DNA of 64,000 bases from Turneriella sp. GTDB lineage: Bacteria; Spirochaetota; Leptospiria; Turneriellales; Turneriellaceae. Made by a program: the position numbers and the translations under genes. The notes beneath the pieces are model-generated. The model saw only the letters and a list, made by a program, of their open reading frames with translations, did not search any database and was not told the DNA's origin. The first letter of the stretch is position 1. Every line of letters starts with the position of its first letter. Below, one piece after another: positions 19,179-28,793 of this stretch. The stretch covers positions 3,072,001-3,136,000 of the forward strand of contig CBDIID010000003.1 in the NCBI GenBank assembly GCA_965279515.1. Reading direction: 5' to 3'.

Positions 19179-21689
19179 CTATTTGGACTTCATCACCGTC
19201 ACGCCATCCCAATCCTGCGGTGGTGCCTTTTTGATATAGGCCGTGCAGCGTTCGATGAACATCTCGCCGATCGGGTCTTCAGGGAAGGTCTTTTTGAGTT
19301 CGCTATAAAGGCTGAGCGCCTTTTCGAATTCGCGACCCATGTATGCGTTGAAGGCGCTCTCGGTGAGTTTCTGTGATTTCAGATCGTCCTTGGTCGGTGC
19401 AATATCGGCGTCCGCGGGTAATCCTGCTAGCAGCTGATAGATCTTCACGCCGCGGCTCTTGCCTTTGACGGCAACCACGTCGATCGGCCTGAAGCAGAAT
19501 TGGGATTTCACCTTTTCATACGTGCTTTCACCGACGATGATAGTCGTGCCATAATACTTGTTGATCGCCTCAAGCCGTGAGGCGAGATTCACCGAGTCAC
19601 CGAGCACGGTATAATTCATGCGGTCGCTCGAACCCATATTGCCGACGCTGACATCTCCCGAGCTGATGCCAAAGCGCGTGTAGAGCTCGGGCTTACCGTC
19701 CTTAATCCATTTTTTATTGAGATCGTTGAGCTTTGCGACGCAGAGCAGCGCAGCTTTGCAGCTATGGTATTCTTGCTGGTCGTCAGCGTTCGGAGCGCCC
19801 CAGAAGCTCATGATGGCATCGCCGATATATTTATCAACAGTGCCCTGTTGCTCGAGAATAATCTGCGTCAGATTATCGAGATACTCTGAAATGTGGATCA
19901 GCAGCTCTTCGGTCGTCATGCTCTCCGAAATAGTCGTGAAGCCCGCGATGTCGGTGAACATCATCGTGAGGTGGCGTTTCTCCCCGCCGAGTTCGGCGCC
20001 CTTGCCAGAGGCGATGAGTTGTTTGACCAAGGTGAAAGGAACAAACTTACTGAATGATTTGAGGCCGTGTTTCATGGCGGCGAGTGCATCGGCGATCAGG
20101 GCAATTTCGTAAAAAAATGAACGGTGTCTGACTGATTCATCGATGTCGAGATTCTGAATCCGGTTCATATCCTGCGCAATGAGTTTCAGAGGCGCGAGAA
20201 TGCGGTGCGCCGCGAAAATAATGGCGCCGATCGAGAGTATGAGTATCGCAAGTGAAATCAGCGTCACGTGCAAAATCGTTGTCTTGAGTGCGCCAATGAA
20301 GTCGTTTACGGGTACGAGAATTCCGATCATCCATTCTTTGCCGTAACTATCCGGGAAATCCTGGAAACTCGCAAGGTATTCGTCACCCGTCGCGCTGAAG
20401 CGCACGTTGTATGTGTAATTGATCGAATCCAGAACGTCGTCCACGGTGGGAATAACTTCAGGCGGCAGGTTCGCGTTGAGCGTAATTGTCTTCTGCTCGT
20501 CATTCAGGGTATAGACTTTATCGAATGCCTTACGTGGCTCGGCTTCGAGTTTTTTAACGGCTTTATGGTAGTCCTGGTAGTTGAGTTTCTTCGGAATGTT
20601 TTTGCCGTCGCCCAAGTTGGATTTCTCTTTGTATTTCCGGAATGCGGCCGCCAGCGCGGGATTTCCCACTTCGTCGACCTTGGCGAACCTGCATTTGGGC
20701 GGCGCTTCTTTGACACCGGCTTCATTGCCCGCCTTTTTCTGGCGTGCGAGTTCTTTGGCGGTCTTTTCTTTCTTTTTGGGTTCTTTTGCCGGCGCCGGAG
20801 TTGGTGAAGGTGTTGCCTGCGGTGTAACCTCTGACGACTTTTCTTCGCAGCGCGTGATCTTATCCATATCGGGATACGCGATCACCTGACCTTCCCCATC
20901 GACAATAAAGGCCATGCCGTTTTGCCCGACCGTGAGGCGTGAAGAAATGCCGTCCTTCAGCGAAAGCGCGATGCTTGCCGAAATGACAATTTTGGTCTTG
21001 CCCTGTGCGTCGCGGATAGCCTCCACATTGGCGGTTCCGAATTCACCGTTCTGGTAAATCCGCACATCGGTCCAGGTATTGCCCTTGGCCTTGTCGGCAT
21101 CCATATACCATACCTTCGTGCGCGCGTCATAATTGATTTTCGCCGCAGGAACATCTTCGCGGTCGATCACCTGCATCTTCTTGTTCATATAGAGGTAATA
21201 TTCAACACCGCCGGGGCGATCTACGTAATGCGAGCGAAACGCCACTTCGGGCGGCAGCGGCTTAGCCTTATTGACACTGTATTTGGGCTCGTCGAAAATC
21301 TTGCCCACCATCAGCAACGAGCCCGTATTGTCGCCGGCGCTGATGGCGAAAATTTCACGCTGCGCCCTGAGCTGCCCCGCCATCACTGAAAATAATTTCT
21401 CATAATTGCCGCGCACCGAATTGACTTCTTTGAAACCCCAGGTCGTGGCCGTCACGGTTCGTTTTGCTGTACCCAGGTAGCGCAGCACGTCACGGCGCAT
21501 GCTGCGGTTTGTCGACTTCATCATCTGCCACGCTGATTTGAGCGCGCCATCGGAAGTCTCCACGTAAGTGTAAACAAGGGTAAAGATCGAAGATATGGCG
21601 AGCAGCAACACAACCAAGGTCGTAATAGCCAGCTGCAATTGGCTTTTGCCCCGGGTGAATAATTTAGTGACGTTAAACTCTTCTTTCAT
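19179..21689 (-). CDS. Cache/HAMP-type membrane adenylate/guanylate cyclase
   Basis: Two TM segments around a periplasmic domain; FTDIAGFT, DKYIGDAIM, YTVLGDSVNLASRLE. Confidence 0.92.
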   Translation of the reverse strand: MKEEFNVTKLFTRGKSQLQLAITTLVVLLLAISSIFTLVYTYVETSDGALKSAWQMMKSTNRSMRRDVLRYLGTAKRTVTATTWGFKEVNSVRGNYEKLFSVMAGQLRAQREIFAISAGDNTGSLLMVGKIFDEPKYSVNKAKPLPPEVAFRSHYVDRPGGVEYYLYMNKKMQVIDREDVPAAKINYDARTKVWYMDADKAKGNTWTDVRIYQNGEFGTANVEAIRDAQGKTKIVISASIALSLKDGISSRLTVGQNGMAFIVDGEGQVIAYPDMDKITRCEEKSSEVTPQATPSPTPAPAKEPKKKEKTAKELARQKKAGNEAGVKEAPPKCRFAKVDEVGNPALAAAFRKYKEKSNLGDGKNIPKKLNYQDYHKAVKKLEAEPRKAFDKVYTLNDEQKTITLNANLPPEVIPTVDDVLDSINYTYNVRFSATGDEYLASFQDFPDSYGKEWMIGILVPVNDFIGALKTTILHVTLISLAILILSIGAIIFAAHRILAPLKLIAQDMNRIQNLDIDESVRHRSFFYEIALIADALAAMKHGLKSFSKFVPFTLVKQLIASGKGAELGGEKRHLTMMFTDIAGFTTISESMTTEELLIHISEYLDNLTQIILEQQGTVDKYIGDAIMSFWGAPNADDQQEYHSCKAALLCVAKLNDLNKKWIKDGKPELYTRFGISSGDVSVGNMGSSDRMNYTVLGDSVNLASRLEAINKYYGTTIIVGESTYEKVKSQFCFRPIDVVAVKGKSRGVKIYQLLAGLPADADIAPTKDDLKSQKLTESAFNAYMGREFEKALSLYSELKKTFPEDPIGEMFIERCTAYIKKAPPQDWDGVTVMKSK

Positions 21690-21761
21690 GATTGCCTTGG
21701 CGTGCGCGCCGACTCGCATGAGTCACGGCCATGCGCACCCGTCAAACCATTTTGGCCGCGA

Positions 21762-22511
21762 TCAGCGGCCTAATGCCTGGATCTCGGGGCTGAGGAATTT
21801 GGACCAGTGCCAGGCGTCGATGGCGACGGCGCGGTTCACAGCCGCATAACTTTCAGGTGTGCCGCAATCATACCAGCGGTCTTCGTGGATATACGCGCAG
21901 ACTTTTTTTCCGGCGGCAATGAGGCCCGTGTACCCGGTATAGACGATGCTTGAAGGTTCTGTCTTAAGGTATTGAAAGAGCAACGGCTCAAAGACAGCAA
22001 TGCCGGCATAGAGGTGGTGTCCGCTACTCGCCGGGCTGAAAGTCCGGTTGATATCGGTAATTTCATCGTTTTCACCGATGCTGATCGGGGCAATGTCGTT
22101 CGCCTGCGCGTGCGGCACCGTGACAATTGTCAATGCCGCCTGCCGCGCTTCATGGAACCTGAGCAAACGGGGGATATCCACATCGGCGACAATGTCGGCG
22201 TTCGCCAGCAAAACGGGCGCGTCAGCGATAAAATCTTCGCACCGCTTCACGCCACCACCGGTATCCAAAAGTTCTTTTTCGTGGGAGATCTTCAGTTCCC
22301 AGGGATGCCCGACGCGGTTCAGAATGCGATCGATGCTTTGCGGAAAGTGGTGTGTGTTCACCGCCAGCTTCTTCACGCCCGCGGCATAGAAAAAATTCAG
22401 CGAATACGCAAGCATCGGCAACCCGGCAACGGGCAGCGCCGGCTTCGCCGTCTTGTCCGTTAAAGGTTTTAGGCGCGTGCCACGACCCGCCGCAAGCAGA
22501 AATCCGTTCAT
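21762..22511 (-). CDS. Sugar-1-phosphate nucleotidyltransferase (MurU-like)
   Basis: LAAGRGTRL, KPALPV, LLDTGGG, NAD, WYDCGT; ATG 22511 in a TGATG overlap (alternative start 22517). Confidence 0.85.
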   Translation of the reverse strand: MNGFLLAAGRGTRLKPLTDKTAKPALPVAGLPMLAYSLNFFYAAGVKKLAVNTHHFPQSIDRILNRVGHPWELKISHEKELLDTGGGVKRCEDFIADAPVLLANADIVADVDIPRLLRFHEARQAALTIVTVPHAQANDIAPISIGENDEITDINRTFSPASSGHHLYAGIAVFEPLLFQYLKTEPSSIVYTGYTGLIAAGKKVCAYIHEDRWYDCGTPESYAAVNRAVAIDAWHWSKFLSPEIQALGR

Positions 22512-22924
22512 CACCATTCCCCTGAGTCTTTCCAATTCTGCGTCGGTTTTTTATTCGCGCGTTTCGCCGCCGCTTTCCGTTTTGCCTTGCGCTTGCGGTC
22601 GAGCTTCGCCAGCCGCTTTTTCTTGTGCGCCGGATTTTCTTCGGCGCGCGCGTCGCGTTCACGTTGTTCGAGCTTTTCGCAGAGCATGACGCGCGCCGCA
22701 TAGCGGTTCATGCCCTGGGTGCGGTGCGTGCTGCATTTGATGTCGATGCTGCTGGGCTTATGCGAAAGACGCACGGCCGTCGAAACCTTGTTCACGTTTT
22801 GACCGCCCTTGCCGCCGCTGCGGATAAATGATTCGGTGAGATCGGCTTCCTGAATGCCCAACTTGGCCATACGCGCCGCCAGGGCGGAAATTTTGCCCGC
22901 CGACACAGGTAGGGAGACTGCCAT
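22511..22924 (-). CDS. RF-1-domain peptidyl-tRNA hydrolase (ArfB-like)
   Basis: [17 protein letters not shown] with a basic C-terminal tail. Confidence 0.88.
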   Translation of the reverse strand: MAVSLPVSAGKISALAARMAKLGIQEADLTESFIRSGGKGGQNVNKVSTAVRLSHKPSSIDIKCSTHRTQGMNRYAARVMLCEKLEQRERDARAEENPAHKKKRLAKLDRKRKAKRKAAAKRANKKPTQNWKDSGEW

Positions 22925-23040
22925 TTTGAGTGATGTTCGAGCCTTTTGTCAGTCAACGTGTCACGCCGATTTAGCGTGTGTTTTGCCTGAGCCGGTATCC
23001 CGGTTTACGCCATAACTTGCGGCCGGCTGATATCGCCATT

Positions 23041-23244
23041 ATGCCATACGTGAATATTCAAATTACGAAAGGCGCCACGCGCGACCAACGCGAGCAGCTG
23101 GTGCGCGAGGTGACAGATTCTCTGGTGCGCATCCTGAATAAGAAGCCCGACCACACGCATATTGTGATTCAGGAAATCGAAGAAGACCACTGGGGCTTCG
23201 GCGGCATGCTCACCGAAGATTATAAAAAGAAGAACCCGGGTTAA
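23041..23244 (+). CDS. 4-oxalocrotonate tautomerase family protein
   Basis: N-terminal M-P-Y-V-N-I; IVIQEI and WGFGG motifs. Confidence 0.9.
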   Translation: MPYVNIQITKGATRDQREQLVREVTDSLVRILNKKPDHTHIVIQEIEEDHWGFGGMLTEDYKKKNPG

Positions 23245-23256
23245 AGTCGTCAGCAG

Positions 23257-24252
23257 CTATTGCTGCTCGATAAAACTTTCCAGGCGAAAGGTGATCCCCC
23301 GTAGTTTGACATCTTCGCCCGTGATGTCCGCGAGCATCTGCCAGGCTGGCTCCAGATAGGATTCAAAATCGGCGCGGCCGAGGGCCGCCTGCCTGCCGAA
23401 TGTACCCATCGCCTTGACAAGCCGCTGAAAGGCGCTGAGCCGCAGGGCTTCATCAAATTCGGTCCGCGTTTGGCGGTGGATCTCCCGACCGTTTTCAAAG
23501 GCGAAATCCGCAAGCCTGGCACGCAGCGTTTTTTCGATCGGCGCATAGGCATCATAAAGAAGAGAACTGAGATCGTATTGGAAAAGACCAAGGCGGGCAT
23601 CCTGAAAGTCGATGATAAATTGGCGATTTTCGAAGACCATGATATTGCGCGAATGGTAGTCCCGGTGGGTGAAAACCTTGTGCGCCGGCGCTGCGAGCGT
23701 TTCTGCAATGCGGTTAAACTCGCTGCGCATCGGGAATAAATCCGCATCATCAAGCTTAACGCCGTAATAACCCAGAAGCGTATGCTGGATAAAAAACTCG
23801 AATTCCCAGTTCAGCTTGGCGGCGTCAAAACTGAGGCCGAATGCAGGGCAGCGGCCATCAGGGGATAATCGCTGCCAGCGAAACATGTGCTCGATGGCCT
23901 GCTGGTACAGAACCTCTGTCTGCCCGGGATTTTCGCGCAGCATTTGATTGAGGCTGATGTCCCCTAAATCCTGCTGCACCATGACACCTAGACTGGCGTC
24001 TGTGTAGATTATTCCGGGTACTGACACCCCACCCTTTTTAAGGAAGGTTTGGATTTCACCCACTAACGGCATATTGGTGTGTGCGGTTGTGGCATCTTCG
24101 TGGACACCCACGAGTGTTGTGCCGTCGGCCAGCGCCAGTCGGTAGTAGCGCCGAGACGAAGCCTCGGGCACGAGGGGGCGTACTTCTTTCAATGCGGTGG
24201 ACCGCCCGGCGCTTTGGAGCGCTTTGGCAAAAATTTCCCGTGCGTCGTTCAC
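23257..24252 (-). CDS. APH-like phosphotransferase (AmgK-like anomeric sugar kinase); start GTG 24252
   Basis: EASSRRYYR, QDLGD, HRDYHSRNIM, IDFQDA, YDLSSLL, QRLVKAMGTF. Confidence 0.85.
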   Translation of the reverse strand: MNDAREIFAKALQSAGRSTALKEVRPLVPEASSRRYYRLALADGTTLVGVHEDATTAHTNMPLVGEIQTFLKKGGVSVPGIIYTDASLGVMVQQDLGDISLNQMLRENPGQTEVLYQQAIEHMFRWQRLSPDGRCPAFGLSFDAAKLNWEFEFFIQHTLLGYYGVKLDDADLFPMRSEFNRIAETLAAPAHKVFTHRDYHSRNIMVFENRQFIIDFQDARLGLFQYDLSSLLYDAYAPIEKTLRARLADFAFENGREIHRQTRTEFDEALRLSAFQRLVKAMGTFGRQAALGRADFESYLEPAWQMLADITGEDVKLRGITFRLESFIEQQ

Positions 24253-24286
24253 GTAATTGCGCGCGGGAAAAAGCCACGCCCGGTCA

Positions 24287-25429
24287 ATGAATAATACCAC
24301 CTCACGCAACTCCGCCCTCGATCTTTTGCGCGGCCTGACGATTGCGCTGATGATCGTCGTCAACAACCCCGGGGACTGGAAGCAGATGTTTTCCATATTG
24401 CGGCATGCCGAGTGGGATGGCTTTCTGGGGGCCGATATTGTTTTTCCGCTCTTTCTATTTGTCTCAGGCTTTGCGGCGGCGCTCAAGATCGCGAAAATGC
24501 AGCCCGCCGGCCCTCACTGCGCGTCGGCTCTGACGCTGGACGAAGCCGAGCCCAAACCCTACTATCTGCCACTCATGCGCCGCGCGGTGATTCTATTTGC
24601 GATCGGTCTTTTTCTCAACGCCTGGCCGTTCGGGCTTTTGCCAGGTAGTGAGTTTTCGATTTCTCACCTGCGCATTTGGGGTGTATTGCAGCGCATCGCG
24701 GTTTGTGTGCTCATAGGGGGATTGATCCTTTATCAAGTCAAATCGGTTCGTGGTACAATCATCGCCCTTATCGTACTGGCTGTTCTCTATGAAATGGGTA
24801 TGAGGCTTCCTCTCATACAAACCGGCGAAGGAAATTTCGGGCGCAGCTTTGCCCTCGCCGATAATTTTGCGCGCTATGTCGATACCAGCGTCTTGCCGGC
24901 GGCGATGCTCTACAAGGTGAAGAAAATCCCCTTCGACCCCGAGGGGCTCTTTACCACGCTGACGGCTACCATGACTTTCATCGCCGGAGCGCTGTGCTAT
25001 CGTTTGCCGCAGCGGCGGCTGGTACTTGGCCTGGCGCTGATTCTCGCCGGCGCCGCGTTCGCCTGGGTCGAGCCGGTGAATAAGAATCTCTGGACGCTCA
25101 GCTATGTTCTGTTGACAGGCGGTGCGGGCGTCATGCTGCTATCTTTGTTGGAGAGGATTAATTTCGCTGCCAGTGGTTGGCGATCCCGCATCACGGACCC
25201 ATTCATCCGCATGGGCAAAAACCCGCTGGAAATCTATATACTGAGCGGTATAGTGGGTAAAACCCTGGCTTTGACAAAAATGGCTTCTGGATTGAGTTTG
25301 AAGGTCATTCTCTTCAGCTGGATGGCCTTCTTACCGGTTTCAGGCCAAGTTGCGTCGTTTTTATATTCTTTGATTCTGCTGATTGTACTGGCATGGCTGA
25401 CCCGGTTTATGCGGCGCTTATCCGCTTGA
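24287..25429 (+). CDS. HGSNAT/NagX-like membrane acyltransferase
   Basis: LDLLRGLTIALMIVVN, HAEWDG, ADIVFPLFLF, GVLQRI, FDPEG, PVNKNLWT. Confidence 0.88.
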   Translation: MNNTTSRNSALDLLRGLTIALMIVVNNPGDWKQMFSILRHAEWDGFLGADIVFPLFLFVSGFAAALKIAKMQPAGPHCASALTLDEAEPKPYYLPLMRRAVILFAIGLFLNAWPFGLLPGSEFSISHLRIWGVLQRIAVCVLIGGLILYQVKSVRGTIIALIVLAVLYEMGMRLPLIQTGEGNFGRSFALADNFARYVDTSVLPAAMLYKVKKIPFDPEGLFTTLTATMTFIAGALCYRLPQRRLVLGLALILAGAAFAWVEPVNKNLWTLSYVLLTGGAGVMLLSLLERINFAASGWRSRITDPFIRMGKNPLEIYILSGIVGKTLALTKMASGLSLKVILFSWMAFLPVSGQVASFLYSLILLIVLAWLTRFMRRLSA

Positions 25430-25459
25430 CCGGCTCATTCAGCTGGTGCAGTAAGTGCT

Positions 25460-25939
25460 ATGGAAATCCGGAACCTATTAGCGATTGCATTGTTGGTGCT
25501 GACATCAGCAGTCTTTGCCAAAGCCAAATTCATTAACAAGGACACGCTCGAGGTCGTCGCCCAAGGCAAGGCGCAGAAATCCGGTTCGGCGACGCGCGAC
25601 GAGGCGGGTTGCAAAGAGGCGGCGCGCAGCGAAGCGCTACGTATCGCCATCGAGACACTAGTCGACATGAACTGGCCGAATGTCAAGGGCAAGGTTTCGC
25701 GCCAGAAGTACGGGGAAAAAGTTATCCAGACGACAGAGGGCAGCATCAAAGGCGGGCACGTAATCGCCGCGAGCTTTGACGACAGCACCGACCCCGTGAC
25801 GTGTACGGTAACGCTGCGGGTCGAACGCCTGGACCCGGCGGCGACGCACAAACGTGTGATGCAGGCCTTGGACGCCGAGGCCAATAGCAAAAAGGAAATT
25901 CTCGCGACGCCATCGCCGAAAAAAAACGCACCGAAATAA
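25460..25939 (+). CDS. Hypothetical secreted protein
   Basis: Signal peptide ending AVFA. Confidence 0.65.
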   Translation: MEIRNLLAIALLVLTSAVFAKAKFINKDTLEVVAQGKAQKSGSATRDEAGCKEAARSEALRIAIETLVDMNWPNVKGKVSRQKYGEKVIQTTEGSIKGGHVIAASFDDSTDPVTCTVTLRVERLDPAATHKRVMQALDAEANSKKEILATPSPKKNAPK

Positions 25940-25997
25940 TTTGCCCGGCAAATGTGTTCTGCCTTGACGCGCGGTTTTCATCGCCGTACGCGCTGAC

Positions 25998-27908
25998 TTG
26001 AACTACCTCTCCGTAGAAAAACTCAGTAAAAGTTTCGGTGTAAAACCGCTGTTCGAGCAAATCTCCTTTGGCCTCGATGCGGGCGATAAGAAGGCGCTCA
26101 TCGCAAAAAACGGCGCCGGTAAGTCGACGCTCATGCAGGTACTCGTCGGCCGTGAACCGCCAGACGCGGGGCGGGTCATACTCAAAAACGGCATAACCAT
26201 AGCCTACCTCGATCAATCCGACAGCTTAGATGAAGCCATGACGATTCTCGAGACCATCTTCGACCAGTCGCGGCCGATGATGCGCACCCTCGCGCGTTAT
26301 GAAGAGGCGATGATTTCGGGCAAGAATATCGACAATGCCATCGCTGAGGTCGAAGCCGCCAACGCATGGGATTACGAACGCAAAATTAAGGGTATTCTGA
26401 CGCGGCTGGGTATCACGAACCTCACGGCGAAGATTGCCTCGCTTTCGGGCGGCGAGCGCAAGCGTGTGGCGCTGGCGCATACGCTGATCGAAGAAGCCGA
26501 TGTGCTGATTTTGGATGAGCCGACGAACCATCTCGACCTCGATATGATCGAATGGCTCGAGAGTTATTTGCAGCGCGAGAGTATCACGCTGCTTTTGGTA
26601 ACCCACGACCGCTATTTTCTCGAGACGATTTGCGATGAGATTCTCGAACTCGATAACGGACAGCTCTATACCTACCACGGCAACTATTCGAACTTTCTCG
26701 AAAAGAAGGCGGAGCGCGAAGAGAGTGAGCGCAAGTCGATCGACACCGCACAGAACAAGATGCGCCGCGAACTTGAATGGATACGCAAGCAGCCGAAGGC
26801 ACGCACAACGAAGGCAAAATACCGGGTCGATGCTTTCGAAGATTTGAAGGTCGCGGCGACGGCGCGCAAAACAGAAAAACTACAGACGCTCGATACCGAG
26901 ATGACGCGTATCGGCGGCAAAATTCTCGATATCACTAACCTCGGAAAAAGTTTCGGCGAGCGCAAGATCATCGAGGGCTTCGAGTATAAATTCCTTAAGG
27001 GTGACCGTATCGGTGTGATTGGCAAGAATGGCACGGGCAAATCGACCTTTCTGAATCTGGTAACGGGGCTTTTGCAGCCCGATACCGGCAAGGTAGAAAA
27101 GGGAGAGAATACTGTCTTTGGTTATTACCGTCAGGCAGGCCTCGACTTCCGCAAAGACGCCACGATTCTCGAGGTTGTGCGCGATGTCGCCGAGGCGATT
27201 CCGCTGGCTAAAGGCAAGTCGCTGACGGCAGCACAGCTGCTCGAACAGTTCTTATTCCCGCCAAGCACACACCGCCAGCTCGCCACGCGGCTGAGCGGTG
27301 GCGAGAAGCGACGCCTTTATCTTTTAACGATTCTCATGAAGAATCCAAATTTTCTGATTCTCGATGAGCCCACGAATGATCTCGACATCGCGACGATTGA
27401 CGTGCTCGAAGACTATCTGCAGAATTTTCCCGGCTGCCTTTTGGTCGTCTCGCATGACCGCTACTTCATGGATAAACTCACGCAGCATCTCTTCGTGCTG
27501 GATGCCGACTTCAAGGGCTTCTCGGACCAACCGCCGGCCGGCTCGAGCCCTGACGCATCGATGCGCCTGGGGCATATCACCGATTTCAACGGCAATTATT
27601 CCGATTACCTTGCGGTCAAAGAAGCTCAGGAAAAAAGCGAGATCGCTGAGCAGAAAAGCCAGCAAAAATCACGCGAGAAGAAAGAACGTGAAAAGCCGAA
27701 GGGTCCGACAATGTCGCAGATCAAAGAGCGTGAAGGTCTCGAAAAGGAAATCCCGCTATTGGAAGCAAAGCTCGCGAGCCTCACAGCAGAGCTTGCCACG
27801 GCCGGCCTGCCCTTCGAGCGCACTGCGGCTTTGGGGCGCGAGATCGACGCCTTGAATCAGCAAATAGAGTCGAAGACTAACCGCTTTTTGGAGCTTGTCG
27901 AACCCTAA
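25998..27908 (+). CDS. ABC-F family ATPase (Uup-like)
   Basis: Two ABC domains (NGAGKST, LSGGE, LDEPTN), linker PKARTTK, C-terminal coiled coil, no TM segments. Confidence 0.93.
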   Translation: MNYLSVEKLSKSFGVKPLFEQISFGLDAGDKKALIAKNGAGKSTLMQVLVGREPPDAGRVILKNGITIAYLDQSDSLDEAMTILETIFDQSRPMMRTLARYEEAMISGKNIDNAIAEVEAANAWDYERKIKGILTRLGITNLTAKIASLSGGERKRVALAHTLIEEADVLILDEPTNHLDLDMIEWLESYLQRESITLLLVTHDRYFLETICDEILELDNGQLYTYHGNYSNFLEKKAEREESERKSIDTAQNKMRRELEWIRKQPKARTTKAKYRVDAFEDLKVAATARKTEKLQTLDTEMTRIGGKILDITNLGKSFGERKIIEGFEYKFLKGDRIGVIGKNGTGKSTFLNLVTGLLQPDTGKVEKGENTVFGYYRQAGLDFRKDATILEVVRDVAEAIPLAKGKSLTAAQLLEQFLFPPSTHRQLATRLSGGEKRRLYLLTILMKNPNFLILDEPTNDLDIATIDVLEDYLQNFPGCLLVVSHDRYFMDKLTQHLFVLDADFKGFSDQPPAGSSPDASMRLGHITDFNGNYSDYLAVKEAQEKSEIAEQKSQQKSREKKEREKPKGPTMSQIKEREGLEKEIPLLEAKLASLTAELATAGLPFERTAALGREIDALNQQIESKTNRFLELVEP

Positions 27909-27939
27909 GGGTTGACAAGCGCCGCGGCAATGCAGACGG

Positions 27940-28383
27940 ATGTCCATGTGCGGTGCGACCGCTTGTTCTCTTCAAAAAGACCTGGACCAGATCAACGATC
28001 TCGCAGGCTCCCTGCTTTCGCGCGACGGCTATGACCGTTGGAGCCATGGTTCGCCCGAAGAGAAGGCGGCAAATCTCGAAGCGATGGATCGCGAAGATCG
28101 GGAAATCAAGAAGCTCAGGGATAAGCTCACAATTCGAATCCTGGAGCTGCGTGCAACAGACCCTGCGGCGGTGGTCGAATGGGCTTCGGCGCATGAGGCG
28201 CTTTTAACTGACTTCATCAGGGCGAAGAGCGTTGATGCGGAGAAAAACGGTACGGAGATTTACGTCGCGCAGGGCGAGCTTGAGGCATGGGGCAAGCTGA
28301 GAAACGGTGAAGTTTCTACCGTCGATCAAAATGTCTACTACGTGCACTACAATCCGGAATTGTCCCGCTCTTATTTCGGTTGA
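27940..28383 (+). CDS. Hypothetical protein
   Basis: 147 aa ORF filling the gap; TTGACA just upstream at about 27912. Confidence 0.6.
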   Translation: MSMCGATACSLQKDLDQINDLAGSLLSRDGYDRWSHGSPEEKAANLEAMDREDREIKKLRDKLTIRILELRATDPAAVVEWASAHEALLTDFIRAKSVDAEKNGTEIYVAQGELEAWGKLRNGEVSTVDQNVYYVHYNPELSRSYFG

Positions 28384-28418
28384 TGGTAAGCTACCGGAAT
28401 GAAAGACGCCAATGCACC

Positions 28419-28790
28419 ATGCCGGAAATCGATCTCGTTTACGAACAAGACAGATACAACCGCTATGGTGTTATAATCCGCGAAAACGAAATTGTGACTT
28501 ATTGGCTGGGGCCGCGCGATCTCGGTGCGGTGAGCAATTTCAGCATCGGTGCCTTTCTTGAAAATCCGCCAGGCTATATACCGGAAGATGTCGTAAGACA
28601 AGTCGCCGCTATCGTCGCCGGCTGGAGTCCGCCGCAGCAGCAGGGTATCGCTGAAGAACAACGTGCAGAAAGGCAGAAGATGGTATTGCAAAAGGAGCAG
28701 GCGCAACGCGAAGCGAAAGAGGCGCGAGAGACAGAGCAACGTCGAACCTCCATATGGAATTTGCCCGACCCCTGGCGCAAGGCGGATTAA
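28419..28790 (+). CDS. Hypothetical protein with a coiled-coil C-terminus
   Basis: ORF from ATG 28419, in line with flanking + genes. Confidence 0.55.
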   Translation: MPEIDLVYEQDRYNRYGVIIRENEIVTYWLGPRDLGAVSNFSIGAFLENPPGYIPEDVVRQVAAIVAGWSPPQQQGIAEEQRAERQKMVLQKEQAQREAKEARETEQRRTSIWNLPDPWRKAD

Positions 28791-28793
28791 CCC

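Noticed and set aside
24526..24549. TCGGCT...AGCCGA inverted repeat in a variable loop of the NagX-like gene
   Set aside because: Only 6-bp arms in GC-rich sequence and no GGA-loop signature; cannot be distinguished from chance.
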